Below are positions 62,904-64,000 of a stretch of 64,000 nt of DNA, one piece after another (position 1 is the first letter of the stretch; each line of letters starts with the position of its first letter). The position numbers and the translations under genes were made by a program. The DNA is from Marsupella aquatica (Eukaryota; Plantae; Marchantiophyta), in assembly GCA_973895155.1 (NCBI GenBank), contig OZ316892.1, positions 4,300,510-4,364,509 on the forward strand. Reading direction: 5' to 3'. Under the pieces are notes generated by a model. It worked only from the letters and a program-made list of their open reading frames with translations. It made no database searches and was not told the DNA's origin.

Positions 62904-64000
62904 GGATTCGGTTTGCTTAAGGCGACGAGCTGGTTGTTGTTGTTGTAGATACTGTGGGCGGAAAACTCGGGTGTCGGTGATTTCGGAGGCGGACGGGAGT
63001 GGGAGGAGTTGTTTATTAAATAATTGTCGTGAGCCTTTCGGCTTTGTCTGAGGAGAAGTGGTTGGAAGTGCTATCGACAAGAGTAGTTGAGCACTGATTT
63101 TGGAAGGACTCGCGCTCCGGACAAGTGTTGATGTGCTTAATTAATAGTAAGGACGAATGCAGCTGGAGTGCTTGACGGTTCCGCGATGTACCCTTGTGGC
63201 TGAGGAAATTTGGAGAAGTACAGTATAGTACGGGACTGCACTGCTCTTCTGTAGATGTTCTTTACGAAGGCAGTCGGAGCATTCCACTCTTTGACTAGAG
63301 GTTGTTCCCTTGAACGAATTGTCTCGGATTCTGTCCGAATGTTCTCTTGTTCGGGAATATTGCGGATTTTTCTATGAACTGACACACTTCGGCCAAATAG
63401 GCGAAGCAGTTTAGGTTGAAGCTGCCAGGAATAGAAGAGAGGAGAGGAGGGGAGAGGACAGCAGTTTGTGAAGTGAGTCTGTGCTGCAGCTCGTTCTTCT
63501 CCCCGTCGCTGCGCTGCAAGTGATCAGCCGGCTGCCTTTGTCGCTCTTTTCCAGGATGTGACTGATTGCAATTCTACGACGAAATTTTTGATCACATATG
63601 TCCGAGATCGTCAACTCGACTTAACGACTCGATTTACTTTGCTGGATACTGGTCACCGGCCCAAGCGCAGGGAAGGAGATGAGATGAGCTCTTTGGGACT
63701 ATGCTCCCCGAGTTTAGTAGCGTATGCTCTAGGTTTCCCGGCGTCGGAGGCCGGAGCCTTCGACTTCCTTGACGACTCCAGCGATCCTACAGGAGTTAAT
63801 GATCACGCTTGCCACACACATCCATTTTATCTAAGACTATCCGTGGGGAGTTCCTTTAAGGACTAAGATTATCATCGTCTTTTACGAATGGTGCTTTTGA
63901 AAGACTTTTGGTGGCCAATTTACAACCTCATATATTTTAAGGATGCGGCTTAGAGTGCCTTGAGATTCCTGTGAATTATTTATTCATTTACGTAGTATTT

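Noticed and set aside
62368-63866. Protein-coding gene or known miRNA at the window end
   Set aside because: Short ORFs with no motifs and no conserved plant miRNA that I recognise; probably the 5' or regulatory region of a gene beyond the window

Overview
Eukaryotic land-plant nuclear DNA; gene content and style suggest a bryophyte (possibly a liverwort), but the species cannot be fixed from sequence alone. Genes: an EAR-type ERF repressor (521-1441 +), a two-exon GT47 MUR3-like glycosyltransferase (17481-19644 +), a roughly 15-exon secreted chimeric cell-wall gene (20203-28626 -: signal peptide, Met/Pro repeats, Pmp-like GGA[IVL]/FxxN beta-helix, Ser-Pro extensin stalk, Root_cap domain) with a decayed inverted 5' duplicate, PEX11B, a U6 snRNA followed by an unexplained hairpin-repeat array, a full-length intronless MSH4, and a BAHD acyltransferase with a late in-frame TAG. 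Mobile DNA: a complete but inactivated Ty1/copia element (51379-59036, CTTTT TSD) carrying two nested MITEs, related solo LTRs, a TA-targeting MITE, and L1-like and CRE-like non-LTR remnants. Exon coordinates were read by hand and need RNA-seq confirmation. Protein family calls come from recalled motifs; no database search was run.
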